Shown here piece by piece: positions 51,468 to 64,000 of a DNA stretch of 64,000 nucleotides. The DNA is from Lama glama (lineage: Eukaryota), in contig CM052817.1 in NCBI GenBank assembly GCA_028534125.1, positions 79,300,001 through 79,364,000 on the forward strand. The letters are read 5' to 3'. The position numbers and the translations under genes are program-made. The notes below the pieces were generated by a model. It saw only the letters and a program-made list of their open reading frames with translations, did not search any database and was not told the DNA's origin. Within the stretch, counting starts at the first letter, position 1, and each line of letters starts with the position of its first letter.

Positions 51468-53299
51468 AAGCTGAATATTCTTGATGTTAATTTTTACCAG
51501 AAAATTTTAAAGTCCTGAATAATTTATTAGGGTCTACATTTCCAGAGGACAACAAGAATAGAAGAAGGAAATTCTATGATCTTTCCAAAGGTCCTCTCTG
51601 CCTCTTGGAGATCTGAGTGGTAAATGTTAGTTGTGTGAATTGAGGGGCTTGGAAGGAAAAGCACGCTGCCGCCAGACAGTGAGAGCATCAGAGCCGGGGT
51701 CTTAGAGAGCTCCTTGCCCCACACCCTCATTTCACACGTAAGGAAAATGAGAGATAAAGGATCCAACTGACTTCTCGAAGGTCACTCATCCGGCCAATTC
51801 CCTTACAAACCTGCACTTCCCGTCTCCCTCATCATCCTCTCCATCACTTGAATAAGTTGGCCCTAAGCTATTTCTCTTGATTTCTTGTGAGGTGAGCAAT
51901 TCTCTTAAAAGCATGCTTTTTAAAATGTTTTAAGGAATTGGCAGTGTGATCGTGGAAAGCCTTTCAGAGGAACCAGTCTGCTATCCTTCCAGGACTGAAC
52001 TCCGCCCTAAGTTACCTTTGCAATTCCTATCCTGCTACTTCTCACTCATCCAGCATCCTCCCCTCACCACACTCCTGCTTCTGAGTTCGGTCACTTTGCA
52101 TGACCACACCTAGTGCCTTGATGCCTTTGTTTGTGCAGTGGCCTCCATACTCATCCTCCTCTGGTCCTGGGAGATGAACTTGCCTACTTTCTGGTATGCC
52201 TGGAGAGATTCCTAAGCCTAAGGAGTGGATCTATTCAGGAAGTGTTCTTTCCCTTCCCCGTTCCCCCTAGCTTAAGCGCACAGGTCAAGGTTGTAGGAGA
52301 ACTGGGGCAAGACTCTAGGTCATCTGTCTTGTAGGCCAGTTAGCTTCCCACACATTCCTTTCAGCCAAGCTCTGAGGCCTCTCACGGTCTTCATGGAGGT
52401 TGTTTCCAATCTCCTAGACACACAAGTAGAAGTCCCTTCACTCCGGGTGCTGAGAGTGATGAATCAGAGCTGTTCCCATCTTTCCTTTGCCCATGGAATG
52501 AAGTCCACCTCCTTAATGTGACCTAGAAGGCCTGTGTTGACCTCTCCAGCTTTTATGTTTGCTCTTCTCAAACACTCAGACCCGGTCAGACTGACCTAGT
52601 CTCAGGTAGCCTGTTATCTCTGCAGTCACAGCTGCCCTTCGTCCCTCACCAGGCGAAGTCATACCCACAGATTTTGTTTGTTTCCACTTCCATGTCATCC
52701 TTTTTGGATAGCCTTCCCCAACCTTGGATTTGATGCCCCATATCATAGAAAGTTTCCTAACACTGTATAATAATGGATTATAGACCTATATGAATCCTCC
52801 AATCATGACTTCTTTGAATTTTGAAGAGATTTTGTTTATCTCAGTATCTGTAATACCTGCACAACACTTCGCACTATAGTTTCACTTTGTAATTTTTACC
52901 TTTTTAATTGAAGTAAAAAATGCATTTCAAAAAGTGCATAAATCATATACAGACACCTGGATGAATCACAATTTAAAGTCATGCTGTAACTAGCAGAAAT
53001 CAAGAAACAGAACATTACCTCAGAATTCCTCTTCATGCCCCTTTCCAGTCATTAACCCCTCTTATTTCTAACACAGTAGAGTGTTGCCTGAACTTTATAT
53101 AAATGGAATGATACAGTACTTATTCTCTTTTGTGTCTGTCTTCTTTTGCTCGATATGATGCTTGTAAGAGTCTAAAAGCTTTCTTAAAAAATAAGTAATA
53201 TTGCAGTGTCTAAGATTTTAATCAACATGTATGAGATGTTTTCCATATCTCCAGTTTGGAAAGAAGGCAGCTATTAAGGGGCATGCGTGAAATTTCTCT

Positions 53300-53850
53300 C
53301 TGGAGGATGCCTGTTCAGCATTCTTTACTGACATTCCTAACAGACCCCACTTTTGTTCCAGTGCCCCGTGCAACCCACGTGACTCATGGTGGGGTGAGCC
53401 GGATTGGTAATTGTGCTCCTCCTGCCAGTGATTGGCTGAGGAATGGGATTTTGACCAATGAAGACTGAGGAGAGGCTTCCTCGGGCTCCCAGGAATTTTT
53501 TTGCCCACTACTCCAGGAATGCTTGCAGAAATGACCCCCTAACTCTTACTCTGGATGTTGTCACGTGTAGATGTGAGACTCAGACCTCTAAGGATACCCC
53601 ATTACCAGGCCTGAGGATGAAGTCAATACGAGGAAGATGGCAGTGCTAAGAATCACAAGGAAACAGGCGGGTCTACAGGGTTAACTCATCCTTGAACCTG
53701 TCCTACCTCTGAGTTTCCAGTTATGTCATTCAGCAAATCTCATTCTTGTTTAATCCAGTTTGAGGTTTTTCTTGTTTTTTCATCTTTGAGTTTTTGTTGT
53801 TGTTGTTGTTTTTTTTGATAATTAAAACTAAGGGCATTTTAACCGACACA
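53300..53850 (+). mobile_element. Old MaLR LTR (MLT1J/K-like)
   Basis: GCCAGTGATTGGCTGAGGAATGGG...GACCAATGA...TTGTTTAATCCAGTTTGAG. Confidence 0.6.
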
Positions 53851-54639
53851 TCTCCCTAGGACTTGGATGGTTACTTGGAAGGCACATTTAACTGAATGGA
53901 GAGTGACGTGAAGCTTCGTCATGGGAATGAGATGCAAGACAGGCAGCCAGGGGTGGGGTGGCATGGGATGGAGGGCTCCAGCTAGAGCATGGGGCTGAGG
54001 TGGAAATCCGTGAAGAACACACTATTCTGGCACTGCTTACAGTGCCCTGAGCAAAGGCTCTTTGGATACATTGCTGTAGACTTGAGGAACCGAGTGACTG
54101 AAGAACAGTGACGTTCTGGGTGGCAGGGGATGAAGGCAGCTCTGCGTGCCTGCCAAGTAGAGAGGCCTTTCTTCTGCCCGCCCTGTGGCGGGAATGATGG
54201 TCAGAGCAACAGCAGTGGTGTAATCCTAGGTAGCCCAAGGGAATTTCTTCAGGGAACAGGGGTTGCACCTGCTGGTAAGTTGCCAGATCTGGGTGGTAGT
54301 ACATGTCCAAGATGATGAAGGTTCTCAAATAATGGACACGAAGTGTGGCACAGGGATAACCAGACTCTTGATGTTTTCCCAACACCTTAGTATGATAATA
54401 AGAGCAATGAGCGTGACAGGAAAGGGCCCCTTGGCTGAGAAAGCAGGTTTTCTGTGTGTCCAACACCTCCAGGAGATAAGAGTAATTAACATTGCCCACA
54501 GGAACTGAGAAAGCATGCCTTGGGGTTACAGGAATTACCATGGAGTGAGGGCTCTCCAACGGGAAGGCTGTTCTCTGAGGTAGAGCTTCAGATTGACGTA
54601 AAATGAAAATGAAAGGAACAGTAGTTCTTTCTCCCACTC

Positions 54640-55250
54640 AAGCTGGGGAAGTGGGCTAGATCAGGCTCATTTACATGGGGATATAAGGGAAATTTTGTGA
54701 ATAAGTAGGCATCGGATTTGACCTGAGAAGGAAAGATAGCCTTTACACTAACAGTGATAAGGAAGATATTTCAGTTAAAGGGAACTGAACGTGCTGAGGC
54801 AGAGGGGCAGGAAAGACAAGAGTGGACACAGCACAGAAGGAGGAGATCAAGCTGACACTGCCATGGGATGTGTGAGGGTGGGGAGGGCTGAAGGGAGTGG
54901 GAGAGAGAAGCTGTGTCAAGACGGAGGAGTGTTGTGAATGCCAAAGAAGAGGTTTGGATCTTATCCTGTAGGTAATGGACAACAAGAAAAGCCTTTTAAA
55001 CATGTCAGTGACGGAAAATGAAGTGGCCTTCAAGATGATTAGAATCAGAATGGACAGGAAAGGGGAACACAGGACATGGGGAGACCAAATTAGAGCCCAA
55101 AGTAAGAGAACAGAGGACAGAGGAAAGGAAGTGAATTAGGATCACGGTTGTAGACTGTAGAGAAGTGGGGGAATTTATGGAGGAGAGCTTGACAGGAGTT
55201 GATCTCTGGGTGTGAGTAGTGCATGATTAAGAGGAACTGGATCATTGTCA
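54640..55250 (-). mobile_element. L2 fragment
   Basis: GTTTGGATCTTATCCTGTAGGTAATGG...; purine-rich antisense L2 pattern. Confidence 0.55.
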
Positions 55251-56388
55251 GGAAAGCTGGTCCCAGAGGCAGAAAATCTTTTCACATCGTGTTACGTTTT
55301 CTGCAGAACCATCTTGCTAGTGAAATGATTCCCAATTTACAAGCTATTTTGAGAGCATATTTGTAACAAAATGAAACAAGCAAAAAACAAAGTGATGAAG
55401 GGGTACATGTGAAAAGAATCTGCCTGCAAACAGACTCCTCCGTCTCCTGGGGTTAACAGTAGTACTGCTTTTGACCAAGCAAGTGTGTGTTCCAATGACA
55501 GAAGAGGAAGAGAAAAGTGTGTTGAGAGCTCTTTGCACCTTCATTGCCCTCCCAGCTCGCTATCAGAACCTGCCAGAGCTGAGTCTCTGATTGCCAAGCA
55601 ATTAAGGATGTATTTTTTTTTACAGTTTTTCAGAATTCAGTTTATTGGCTTGAGTGCATTCATTTTCTAAACAGGAAAACTGAGCTTGGAACTTGACACC
55701 AAAGCATAATTCTTTTTACTATTAAAGAGGAGGAATTGCAAATGTAGTTCTTAAGGAAAGGCTGCCAAAAAGCTTTCTTGATGATAACAGAGGTAACAAT
55801 ACCTTTTAAAGTAATGTTTTTCAAAGAACAGCTTCAATATCTCTCTTCTTGAGGGAAGACCATAAACTCTGTCATAGAGCCTAGTGTCATGATCATACTA
55901 ATTGCTCCTGCTATAAGATAAATAGCAGGAAAAGACTGTAGCAAACAGAGAAGACCTAAGATGAGAGAAATCCTAAGCAGTGATAGAATTTTAAAAGCTT
56001 TTATGCCAGGAGAGCCATCTTGCACTCAGGTAGTTGGAAAATAAATAGATCTTTAGAGGGAAAAAAAAATGAAGAGGGAAGAATGTTTACTCTTGAGGAC
56101 TCTTTGGTTCACTCATTTATAGGATTTGACTCAAGAGTTGGAATTAAATTTAGAGGAAGATCTCGGTTCCAGAGATTCTAAACAAATTCAATTTGCTCAT
56201 CTCCTTCAACTATGTTGGACTCAAGGACATTATGAGGACTATGAAGAATCCCCAAGGCCCATCGCTTCTTCCTCAAGAAAAGTCTAGAGATCATAATGAT
56301 TATTTAATCATGACTTTGGTTGTTTAACTAATTTTGTCAGAGTTACATTGCTTTTTGCACTATAAACTAGAGCTCTAATTTTTTTTAA

Positions 56389-56582
56389 CATTTTTTTATT
56401 GATTTATAATCATATTACAATGTTGTGTCAAATTCTAGTGTTCAGCACAATTTTTCAGTCATTCATGGACATATACACACTCATTGTCATTTTTTTTTCT
56501 CTGTGAGTTATCATAACATTTTGTGTATATTTCCCTGTGCTATGCAGTGTAATCTTGTTTATCTATTCTACAATTTTGAATT
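56389..56582 (-). mobile_element. Young 5'-truncated L1, same family as 50277-50555
   Basis: Near-identical reverse complement of ~50338-50530; perfect 15-bp TSD TCTAATTTTTTTTAA at 56374-56388 and 56583-56597. Confidence 0.9.
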
Positions 56583-56597
56583 TCTAATTTTTTTTAA

Positions 56598-56750
56598 GTT
56601 TTTTTTAAAATTTTTTAAAATAATTTTTTCCCTTTTTGGGGGGATCATTAGATTTATTTATTTATTTGTTTTTAATGGAGGTGCTGGGGATTGAACCCAG
56701 GACCGTGCATGCTAACCATGCACTCTACCACTGAGCTATACCCTTCCCCC
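56598..56750 (-). mobile_element. Vic-1-type SINE, tail end hit by a young L1
   Basis: GGAGGTGCTGGGGATTGAACCCAGGAC...CTGAGCTATACCCTTCCCC. Confidence 0.87.
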
Positions 56751-57593
56751 GAGAGGTCTGTTTTTATGGCATATAGTAGTTAGAACAACTAGCTAGTCTT
56801 CAAAGGGTAATCTTGAATATTTGAGTTATATTTTACTTTGTAACAAATCCTGCAGAGCACCAGCAAAGGAAAAGAAGTAGTATTTAATGCATAACAATGA
56901 GTAACATGTAATACAAATGAAAATCAGTAAGTAGCAAGGAGATAGTATCCCCCAAACTATGCTTCCAATGCCATCGTTTGCTGGAAAATTTCCAAAAGGA
57001 CATGGAAATATGAGGGTTATAATTTAGTTGCACAAGGGGGAAAAGTACTCAACTTTCATAAGAACATGTTTGAGGTAGATGGATTTTGAACCAAAACATG
57101 AAGGCAATATTATGTCTCTGGAAATTCTATGTCTCCACCGTGATTTAGCTTATAGGAATCATCTTGGCAAAAGCAAAACATGAATAAGAATCCCAAGTAA
57201 TTATCATTAATCTGAATTTCAAGCTGTGAGTAAGGGAAAAAGGATAAACTAGCTAAAATTCTCATCCAAGCCAACTGTCCTTTAAGTACATCAAAGCATT
57301 CTTAGAAATAACTTCATGAGATGAGGAGCCATCCTAAGTTTGATCTAAAAATCGCTAATAAAAGCTCTTAACTATATAGATTAAACATTTCATTATGTTT
57401 CCCTTTGTCACCATTCAGAAATATAATGTAATAGCGAATTGGGTGTAACCTGAACTCCCTTCTTCTCCCTCCATCCTTTCCTCCCTGCCTTCTTCCTTCC
57501 TTCCATTCTTTTGAATGGAGGGTTGAAGTAGCCAGAAGTTATCACTTCCGAAAACCAAGACAGTCAATTAAGGATTTTCACGGACTTGCTTGC

Positions 57594-58086
57594 TGTATCA
57601 ATGAGCTACTGTTGCATAACAGAGGACCGCAAAACTTCATGGTTTCAAACAACCATTTATTTAGTTCCTAATACCACAAATCAAGCTGGCAGTTTAGGCT
57701 GGTCTCACCTGGGCTCCCTCGTGTGTCCGCATGCAGCCATGTGATGGCGTGGTAACTCTGCTTCCAGGGCTTGACTGGCACCTCTTGGCTCTCCCTCATA
57801 TGATTTATCATCCTCCAGCCGGCTGGCCAGAGTTTGTGCTCAAGCTGGAGGCAGAGGTCCCAGAGAGGAAGTGGAAGCATGAAAGGGTTCTTGGGGACTA
57901 GACTTAAAACTGACACAGGCTCACTCTGCCATGTTCTGTTAGCCTAAGCAAGTCAAAAGGCCAACTCAGATTCAAAACGTGGGAAGTAGACACTACCTCT
58001 TGATGGGGGGAGAGGCAGAGTCATATTAAAAAGGCATGAAGACAGGCAGGCTGAGAGTGGGAACAGTCAGTGGCCAGTCTACCACA
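57594..58086 (-). mobile_element. MLT1G/H-like MaLR LTR
   Basis: GTTGCATAACA...AAACAACCATTTATT...CAGATTCAA...ACCTCTTGATGG...CTACCACA. Confidence 0.7.
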
Positions 58087-58632
58087 CTAGCTACTATTCT
58101 TCTAACACTTTAAAACGTTTATTAAGGTATCTTTCTTATTACTATTTTATCAAGATTTTTTATTCGGGACTGACTGTTCCATTTTATTAAATGTCACCTC
58201 CCCCCCCCCTTTTTCTGCATATGTGACGATGGTCATGGTTTGGAATTATTCTTCTTTGAATCATAGGATTGATTATCTTAACAGATTTTCTGACATTGAA
58301 GTTTCTTTGCCTGCCTGGGAAGTACTTTGCTTGATTGTGGTTATAGTCCTTTTACTACACTGATTGATCTCTTTGCTGGTATTAAGATTTCATCTGTATA
58401 TGAATGGAGCATGGATTTCTTTTTGTGATACATTTGTCAGTTTTTGGTATTAGTTATAACTCTCTGTTCAGAGCAAAATGTCCAACATAACAGATTTTGT
58501 CCTTAAGAACGTTACATCATAGATTGCTAAATTCTGGTTGGATTTTTACTTCTATTTCTCAATCCCTTTATTCTTTACTCGATGACTCACAATTTTTCTA
58601 TCTCCTCAAACACACCTTTTATTTATTCCTAG

Positions 58633-59170
58633 TGCAACACAGGTAGTTTCTGACTTGGCCTCCAGAGATGCCCACTTCCTGGTAGTTATGCCTGAGTATA
58701 ATCCCCTCGCCTTGAATGTGAGAAGGAGCTATGATTTGTTTCTAACCAATAGAATATGTCAAAGAAGATGGAATGTCACTTCCATGATCAGGTTACATAA
58801 GAGAGTGACTCCTGTCTTGTCAACAGGAGAGAGTCTTCTCTCCTTCCAGACTCTGATAACACAATTCCCATGTTGGAGAGGTCCACGTGGTAAGGAAATG
58901 AGGGTGACCTATGGCCAACAGCCCTCAGTCCAATAACCCTCGAAGAACTGAAATTTTGCCAATAACTGGATCCTTTCTCAGTCAAATTTTCGCATGGGAC
59001 CCCAGCCCTGGGCAAACCTTAGTTGTAGCCCTGTGAGAGACTGGAAGCAGAGAACCCAGCTGAACCACCCCTGGATTCCTGACTTACAGAAACTGTGACA
59101 TAATGAATGTGTATTGTTTTAAGCCGCCAAGCTTGTGGTAATTTGTTAGTCAGTGATAGACAACCAATAC
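58633..59170 (+). mobile_element. MLT1E-like MaLR LTR
   Basis: TTCTAACCAATAGAATATG...CACTTCCATGATCAGGTTAC...GATTCCTGACTTACAGAAACTGTGA...TTTTAAGCCGCCAAG. Confidence 0.8.
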
Positions 59171-60919
59171 CCATTGAATAATAGATTCCCAGGGTGTGAA
59201 GAATCTTTTTAAAAATCACACAGTTCAACCTTATATTCTACTGTGAATCTCCTCCAAGTGCATGTCTAGCTTATGTTTAAATGGTCCAGATGACAGAAAA
59301 CTCACTACTATAAATGATAGTCCATTCCATCTTGAGGAAATTATAATGTTTAGGAAATAGTTCATTTTAGTAAGTTAAATATTTGATTCATAGGTCCTGA
59401 CTCTTAGCTAGGTGTCACGTCCATTTTTTCTTCCACATAAATAAATCTTAAATGATTTTAACACAGCTATTCTTTTTATTTCTAATCTTCTATTCTTGTT
59501 TACACTGTAATGAAACTATGAACTTTCTGAGACTGGGAACCAATCCTGTTTTCTTGTATCTCCTGTGCCTATAATCCTTGGCATAAAGAAAATGTTCAAC
59601 AAATATTGGTGGAATAAGATTCAATTATCAATGTTAAATATTCCCAGCTCTTCCAAAACCCTTAACATGATACGGTGTTGTGTCCTTGCTCATCACCTTT
59701 GTCTTCATTTTCTCGGCAAGGTGCCCATAACTGACCTTAACTTTAAGGTTTGCTTTAAGTAGTAAAAGAAACGTGGTATCATCACTTACAGTAATTAATA
59801 AACCCACTATTGAAATCACTGTTTACTCATCTTGGACTCACTGTCAAAGAAAATCTTTCTTTCTTGTCTTATATGAGCTGTACGAAGGCCTGTCATTCCG
59901 ATGTTACATTTGCTCTGCTTAATTTCAGTTTATTTTATTTGTTCACACCAAGGAGATGATATCTTCCTGGGTGCTAAATAATCACCTCAAGTTGTCTCCT
60001 TTGTTCTTAACTGCGCGTTACCCACAGGTTTGATAGATATTTTTAAAACTTCATCTAAGCTTTGAATATAGTGTTAAGATGTGGCCAAGACAAGTCCGTT
60101 ATTCTGGTTGATAACTATACATCATAGTCTTTAAATAATAACCCTTGTGCAGACTCTTACAATGGCCTTTTAATTGTTGTCTCTACCATTTTCCACCTAA
60201 AGTTCCTTCTTTACAAGGCAGCCACTTTATAGTTTTCTATTTCCTACCGATGTCTTCAAGCTTATCTTTTATTTATTTTAACAAAGTCAGCATAGTTCTT
60301 TTACTGTCTGCCTCTGGAGTCTTTTGGGGTCGCAAGTCTAGTTTCTTTATATTCCTCATTTTCTTCATATGTAGAGCACTATCTTTGAAAATTATTTGTG
60401 GAAACAGTTGGAGGCCCAGATGAAGGTACTCAACTCCAGAGAATTTTTTTCTGCTTTTGCTAGGCTTCTGGGAGCATTTCCATTTAAACTGTAAGTTTAA
60501 GTCTTGAGATAACAATTAACTCAGAGGCTTTAATTTTCTTTTGGGCTGTTTCCCTTCTGCTTCGTGCCCATCCTGAATGTGCAGCCCTTTGGAGGAGGGT
60601 TCCCAGTTTACTGAAAGGAGGGTCTTCTACTAGATTCTCCACTGTGTCATCTCCCTTGTCCAACAAGGCCATTAAAATGAAGCTTCTGACTTAACCAGAC
60701 TGGGAAATGCCTTCAGGTCAAAAGCTGTTTCTTTGGCCACGTCCTTTCTGTGTCCATTACCTTCCAAAGTTCTCATTTTCCCTCCATGCTTGGTCTTTTC
60801 AAAAACTGTCTTACCTTTTAATGATTTTAAGAAGTTTCTTTTAAGCGTTTTGGTTGTTTCCAACAGGACTATTGATTCAAATATCATAGCCCACTGTTAC
60901 ACACGAATCTGCTTCAAAT

Positions 60920-61095
60920 TCTCACTTTGTTACTTTATAGTTGTGTGACTTTGGATAAATTATTTAAGCTCCATGAACCTCAGTTTTCTCATCCGTAAAA
61001 CAGGGATAATAATAGTACCTGCATTACAGGATTACATGTCAAGAATGTGATAAGCTGGCACATAGTTAAGTATTTGATAAATGTTAACCATTATT
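60920..61095 (+). mobile_element. MIR SINE
   Basis: GTGTGACTTTGGATAAATTATTTAA...CCTCAGTTTTCTCATCCGTAAAACAGGGATAATAATAGTACCT. Confidence 0.75.
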
Positions 61096-62094
61096 AGTAT
61101 ATATCTTCATACCATCTTATTTATTTCCTTTAGGGCATTTACCACTTTCAAAGATGGCCTTATTTATTTTTTATTGTTGTTATTTTCTCTTTTAATAAAA
61201 CATAAGCTCCATATTTTAGTATTTACCATCATAAATCAAACAATATCATTTTCAATGAATTAATGAATGTATTCAAGTTTTTCACTGAAATATCATCTTT
61301 GATTCATTCCTAATAACCCACAATTGAAAGATAGGCCATTTTTATGTAAGTCTATTCTATAGCATATTCTTTTTAAAATGAGCAAATTAAAAGTGCACCT
61401 TAATCCAAGAAAAATAAAGAATAATTAGACCAGATTTGACAATGTAATTGCCAAAATCACTTGGATATACAGCATATTACTTCTATGTTTGGATAAACAA
61501 TGCCCCTCCACAAATTTTAAAGACCAAGATACCTTAGTTCAGGTAACTTTAAAAATTTGCATATGTACTCATTTACAGAATGTCTCAATCTTTCACCATT
61601 CATCATAATTCTAGAAACTCTTTCTTCCATGAAGCCATTACTCCATTCATAGGAATTCAGGGATGTTCACCATGTAATTTCTTACATTAGAACCTTTTGA
61701 TAAAATGACTGCATTATGTACTCTATTCTGTGCCAGTGAACGAAATGGAGTGAACTATAAACATGTCTGATCCTGTAAGTGCCTCTCTGTGGATGGAGAT
61801 GCCATTTATATTACAATTTGGTGGGTGAAAACTTCCCTATCATCTCTGCCTTCTCTCAATTCAGAGTCTCAGAAGGATATGGATCATATTAGACCCGACA
61901 TTGTCTTAAATGCTCCTCATTCTCTGACTTGGACACAGATGTCTCTGTTTCATTGTCTATGGGGAGATGATTTCTATGTCTATGTCTATGGCAATGATTT
62001 CCTCTGCAAGGAAAGCTCAGGAAACCCCTTCCTCCAGAAAGGCCTCCTCAAGCTCTCTTTAGTTGCTTTCCAATGGGTAACTTTATTGGCTCTG

Positions 62095-62432
62095 TTTTTT
62101 TTTTAATATAGTTCCCTGTGCTATACAGTAGAAAATTGCTGTTTATCTATTTTATATATAATAGTTTGCATCTGCTAATTCCAAACTCCTGATTTATCCC
62201 TCCCCCACCCCGTTTCCTCTTTGGTAACCAAAAGTTTATTTTCTATGACTGTGAGTCTGTTTCTGTTTTGTAAAAAAGTTCATTTGTGTCATATTTTAGG
62301 TTCCACATACAAGTAATATCATATGGTATTTGTCTTTCGCTGTCTGACTTAACTTCACTTAGTATGATAATCTCTAGGTCCATCCATGTTGCTGCAAATG
62401 ACATTATTTCATTCTTTTTTGTGGCTCAGTAA
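62095..62432 (-). mobile_element. L1 3' fragment (ORF2 end/3'UTR)
   Basis: CTTAGTATGATAATCTCTAGGTCCATCCATGTTGCTGCAAATG, typical of antisense L1 3' ends. Confidence 0.85.
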
Positions 62433-62448
62433 CATGTATCTATGTGTA

Positions 62449-62452
<4 letters not shown>

Positions 62453-62488
<36 letters not shown>
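62453..62488. repeat. (TG)n microsatellite
   Basis: Uninterrupted TG run. Confidence 0.9.
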
Positions 62489-62490
<2 letters not shown>

Positions 62491-62954
62491 AATACCCCAT
62501 TGGTATGGAGGCTGTAGGTCAAAGCCGTGGAAATGGATAAGATGACTCCTGAGAATCACTGAAATGAGGAGAAGAGGAGTCTCAAAAAGAAAGAATAAGT
62601 TGGGGAAAAATAAAGATAAGCAAAAGAAGGTGTGTCTTAGAGGCCTTAGGGGGCAAATTGTCAAAGGAAAAGATTGTTCTAAGAAGGAAGGATTGTCAAC
62701 AATATTAGGAGTTCCAAAGAAATCCAGTATGATTAAATCCTGCTCAATTCTGATTGGCTGAATCCCCTGCACCTGATTGGACCTGGCCAGTCAAAGGGCA
62801 CATGTGCAAGAGCAGGTCACACTCATTATCTCTTATTTTTCTTAAATCGATATTAAACAGTTGGAAAGATAGCAAATGAAATTTCCTTGAAAACACATCT
62901 CTTCCTAAAAAGTGGCTGAAAAGAATATGACCCATTTTCTGGTAGTAGCACTAT

Positions 62955-63500
62955 GCATCAGTCAGACCTCTTTAGATTAAAAGTGACCGGATGAAACCAA
63001 ATCAATTTAAACCAAAAAGGAAATTTGTTGGTCCTCATAATTGAAAGTCTGGGTAAGAGTTTAAGCTCATCTGAACCCAGACACTCAAATCCTGTCATTA
63101 GAGATCTGTCTCCACTTCTCAGCTCTGCTGATCTCACTGCTAACCACGTCGCTGCCAGCTTCTGACCAAGGCATGAGGGAAGTGGCAGCCAGCAGCTCCA
63201 GGTTTACATCCTGTCAGTCCATGAACTCCAGCAAACAGTGGGCACCTCCTTCCCAGCTCCTCTTGTGCATATCCTGGAGCTATATTTTACTTAATGCAAT
63301 GGCAAAATAAGGTGTCCATTTCTGAATTAACCACTGAGTCTGCAGGACTGGGCTTTCCCAAGAGGCTAGGCTTATACCACATGTCCACTCCTGAAACTGG
63401 GGTTGGGTGTGGGGGTCAACCCCACGAACAGCAGCATCGATACATGTGCTGCATGCCTGTGCTGGGTCAGAGGGTTTTATTTTACAGTTCTGCTCAAGCC
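62955..63500 (-). mobile_element. Old MaLR LTR (MLT1J/K-like)
   Basis: AAAAAGGAAATTTGTTGG..CATAATTGAAAGTC; CAGCAGCTCCAGGTTTACATCC. Confidence 0.55.
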
Positions 63501-64000
63501 CCGTGTTCTCACCAAGCCTTTGCACATGTGGGTGAGGTGGGCCCCTTTTTACCTAACAGTAGATACTGTTCTTGAAAAGGGGAAAGAGATTATAACTGAC
63601 GTGAAGGAAGTGGCCCCCAACAGGAAAACCAGAGAGACAGCAGAAAAAAGGAAAAGCAAGAAAAAGGAAGCAAACAGTAAAAGAAAGAGAGATTTAAAAA
63701 CAAAAACAAACATAAACAAATATGAGGATCATTAAACAGCTGTAAAGTTAATCACAACATTTGCCCTGACCGATTCCTGTAGAACACACCCTGCTTTGGT
63801 AATAAGCCCCTGAGAATGAGCTGTGTTGACCTGTTCCGGCTCATCCCTGAGGCTGACCTTCTTCTAAGTCTTTTCCTGCTTCCGACTTTCCATCTTCCAT
63901 CCTTTCTTTACTCCTTCCAACTGCTCGCATCTCTACTAACAGCTTCTTCCTTACGTTTGTGGTGACTGTCTTCCACCTTCTTTTTCCTGGTTTGGCTTCA

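Noticed and set aside
53888..54637. 249-aa minus-strand ORF
   Set aside because: GTG start, no recognisable domain or splice context, and it sits among old repeats. A BLASTP/PhyloCSF hit would be needed to revive it.
471..56750. Seven of eight SINEs on the minus strand
   Set aside because: Sample too small to distinguish from chance, and the bias spans both genic and intergenic DNA.

Overview
Mammalian genomic DNA, most likely camelid: it carries eight Vic-1-type tRNA-derived SINEs, and I saw no ruminant Bov-A/BovB, pig PRE-1 or primate Alu elements. The window holds the 5' part of TRPC3 (canonical TRP cation channel 3) on the minus strand. Coding exon 1 (32524-32310) lies in a CpG-island promoter, followed by exon 2 (12587-11816, ankyrin repeats) and exon 3 (5918-5730). 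All junctions are GT-AG and in phase (215+772+189 nt = 392 codons); later exons lie left of the window. Positions ~33-64 kb are repeat-rich upstream DNA with no credible gene. The most notable observations are: (1) a local duplication creating five perfect STAT5-type GAS sites (TTCTTGGAA) about 0.7 kb upstream of exon 2, with four AP-1 sites 2 kb further on; (2) a MER41-like ERV 3' end (env tail, PPT, U3-R, A-rich tail, 15-bp TSD) that looks L1-mobilised and carries an overlapping kB/STAT6-type motif; (3) two uATGs and a (CGG)9 tract in the probable TRPC3 5' leader; (4) an old L1 with a twin-priming inversion later split by Tigger2; and (5) young L1 insertions with perfect TSDs. I found no new protein-coding system. 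Repeat subfamily names are from recall of consensus sequences, not a database search, and all regulatory calls are motif-level hypotheses.
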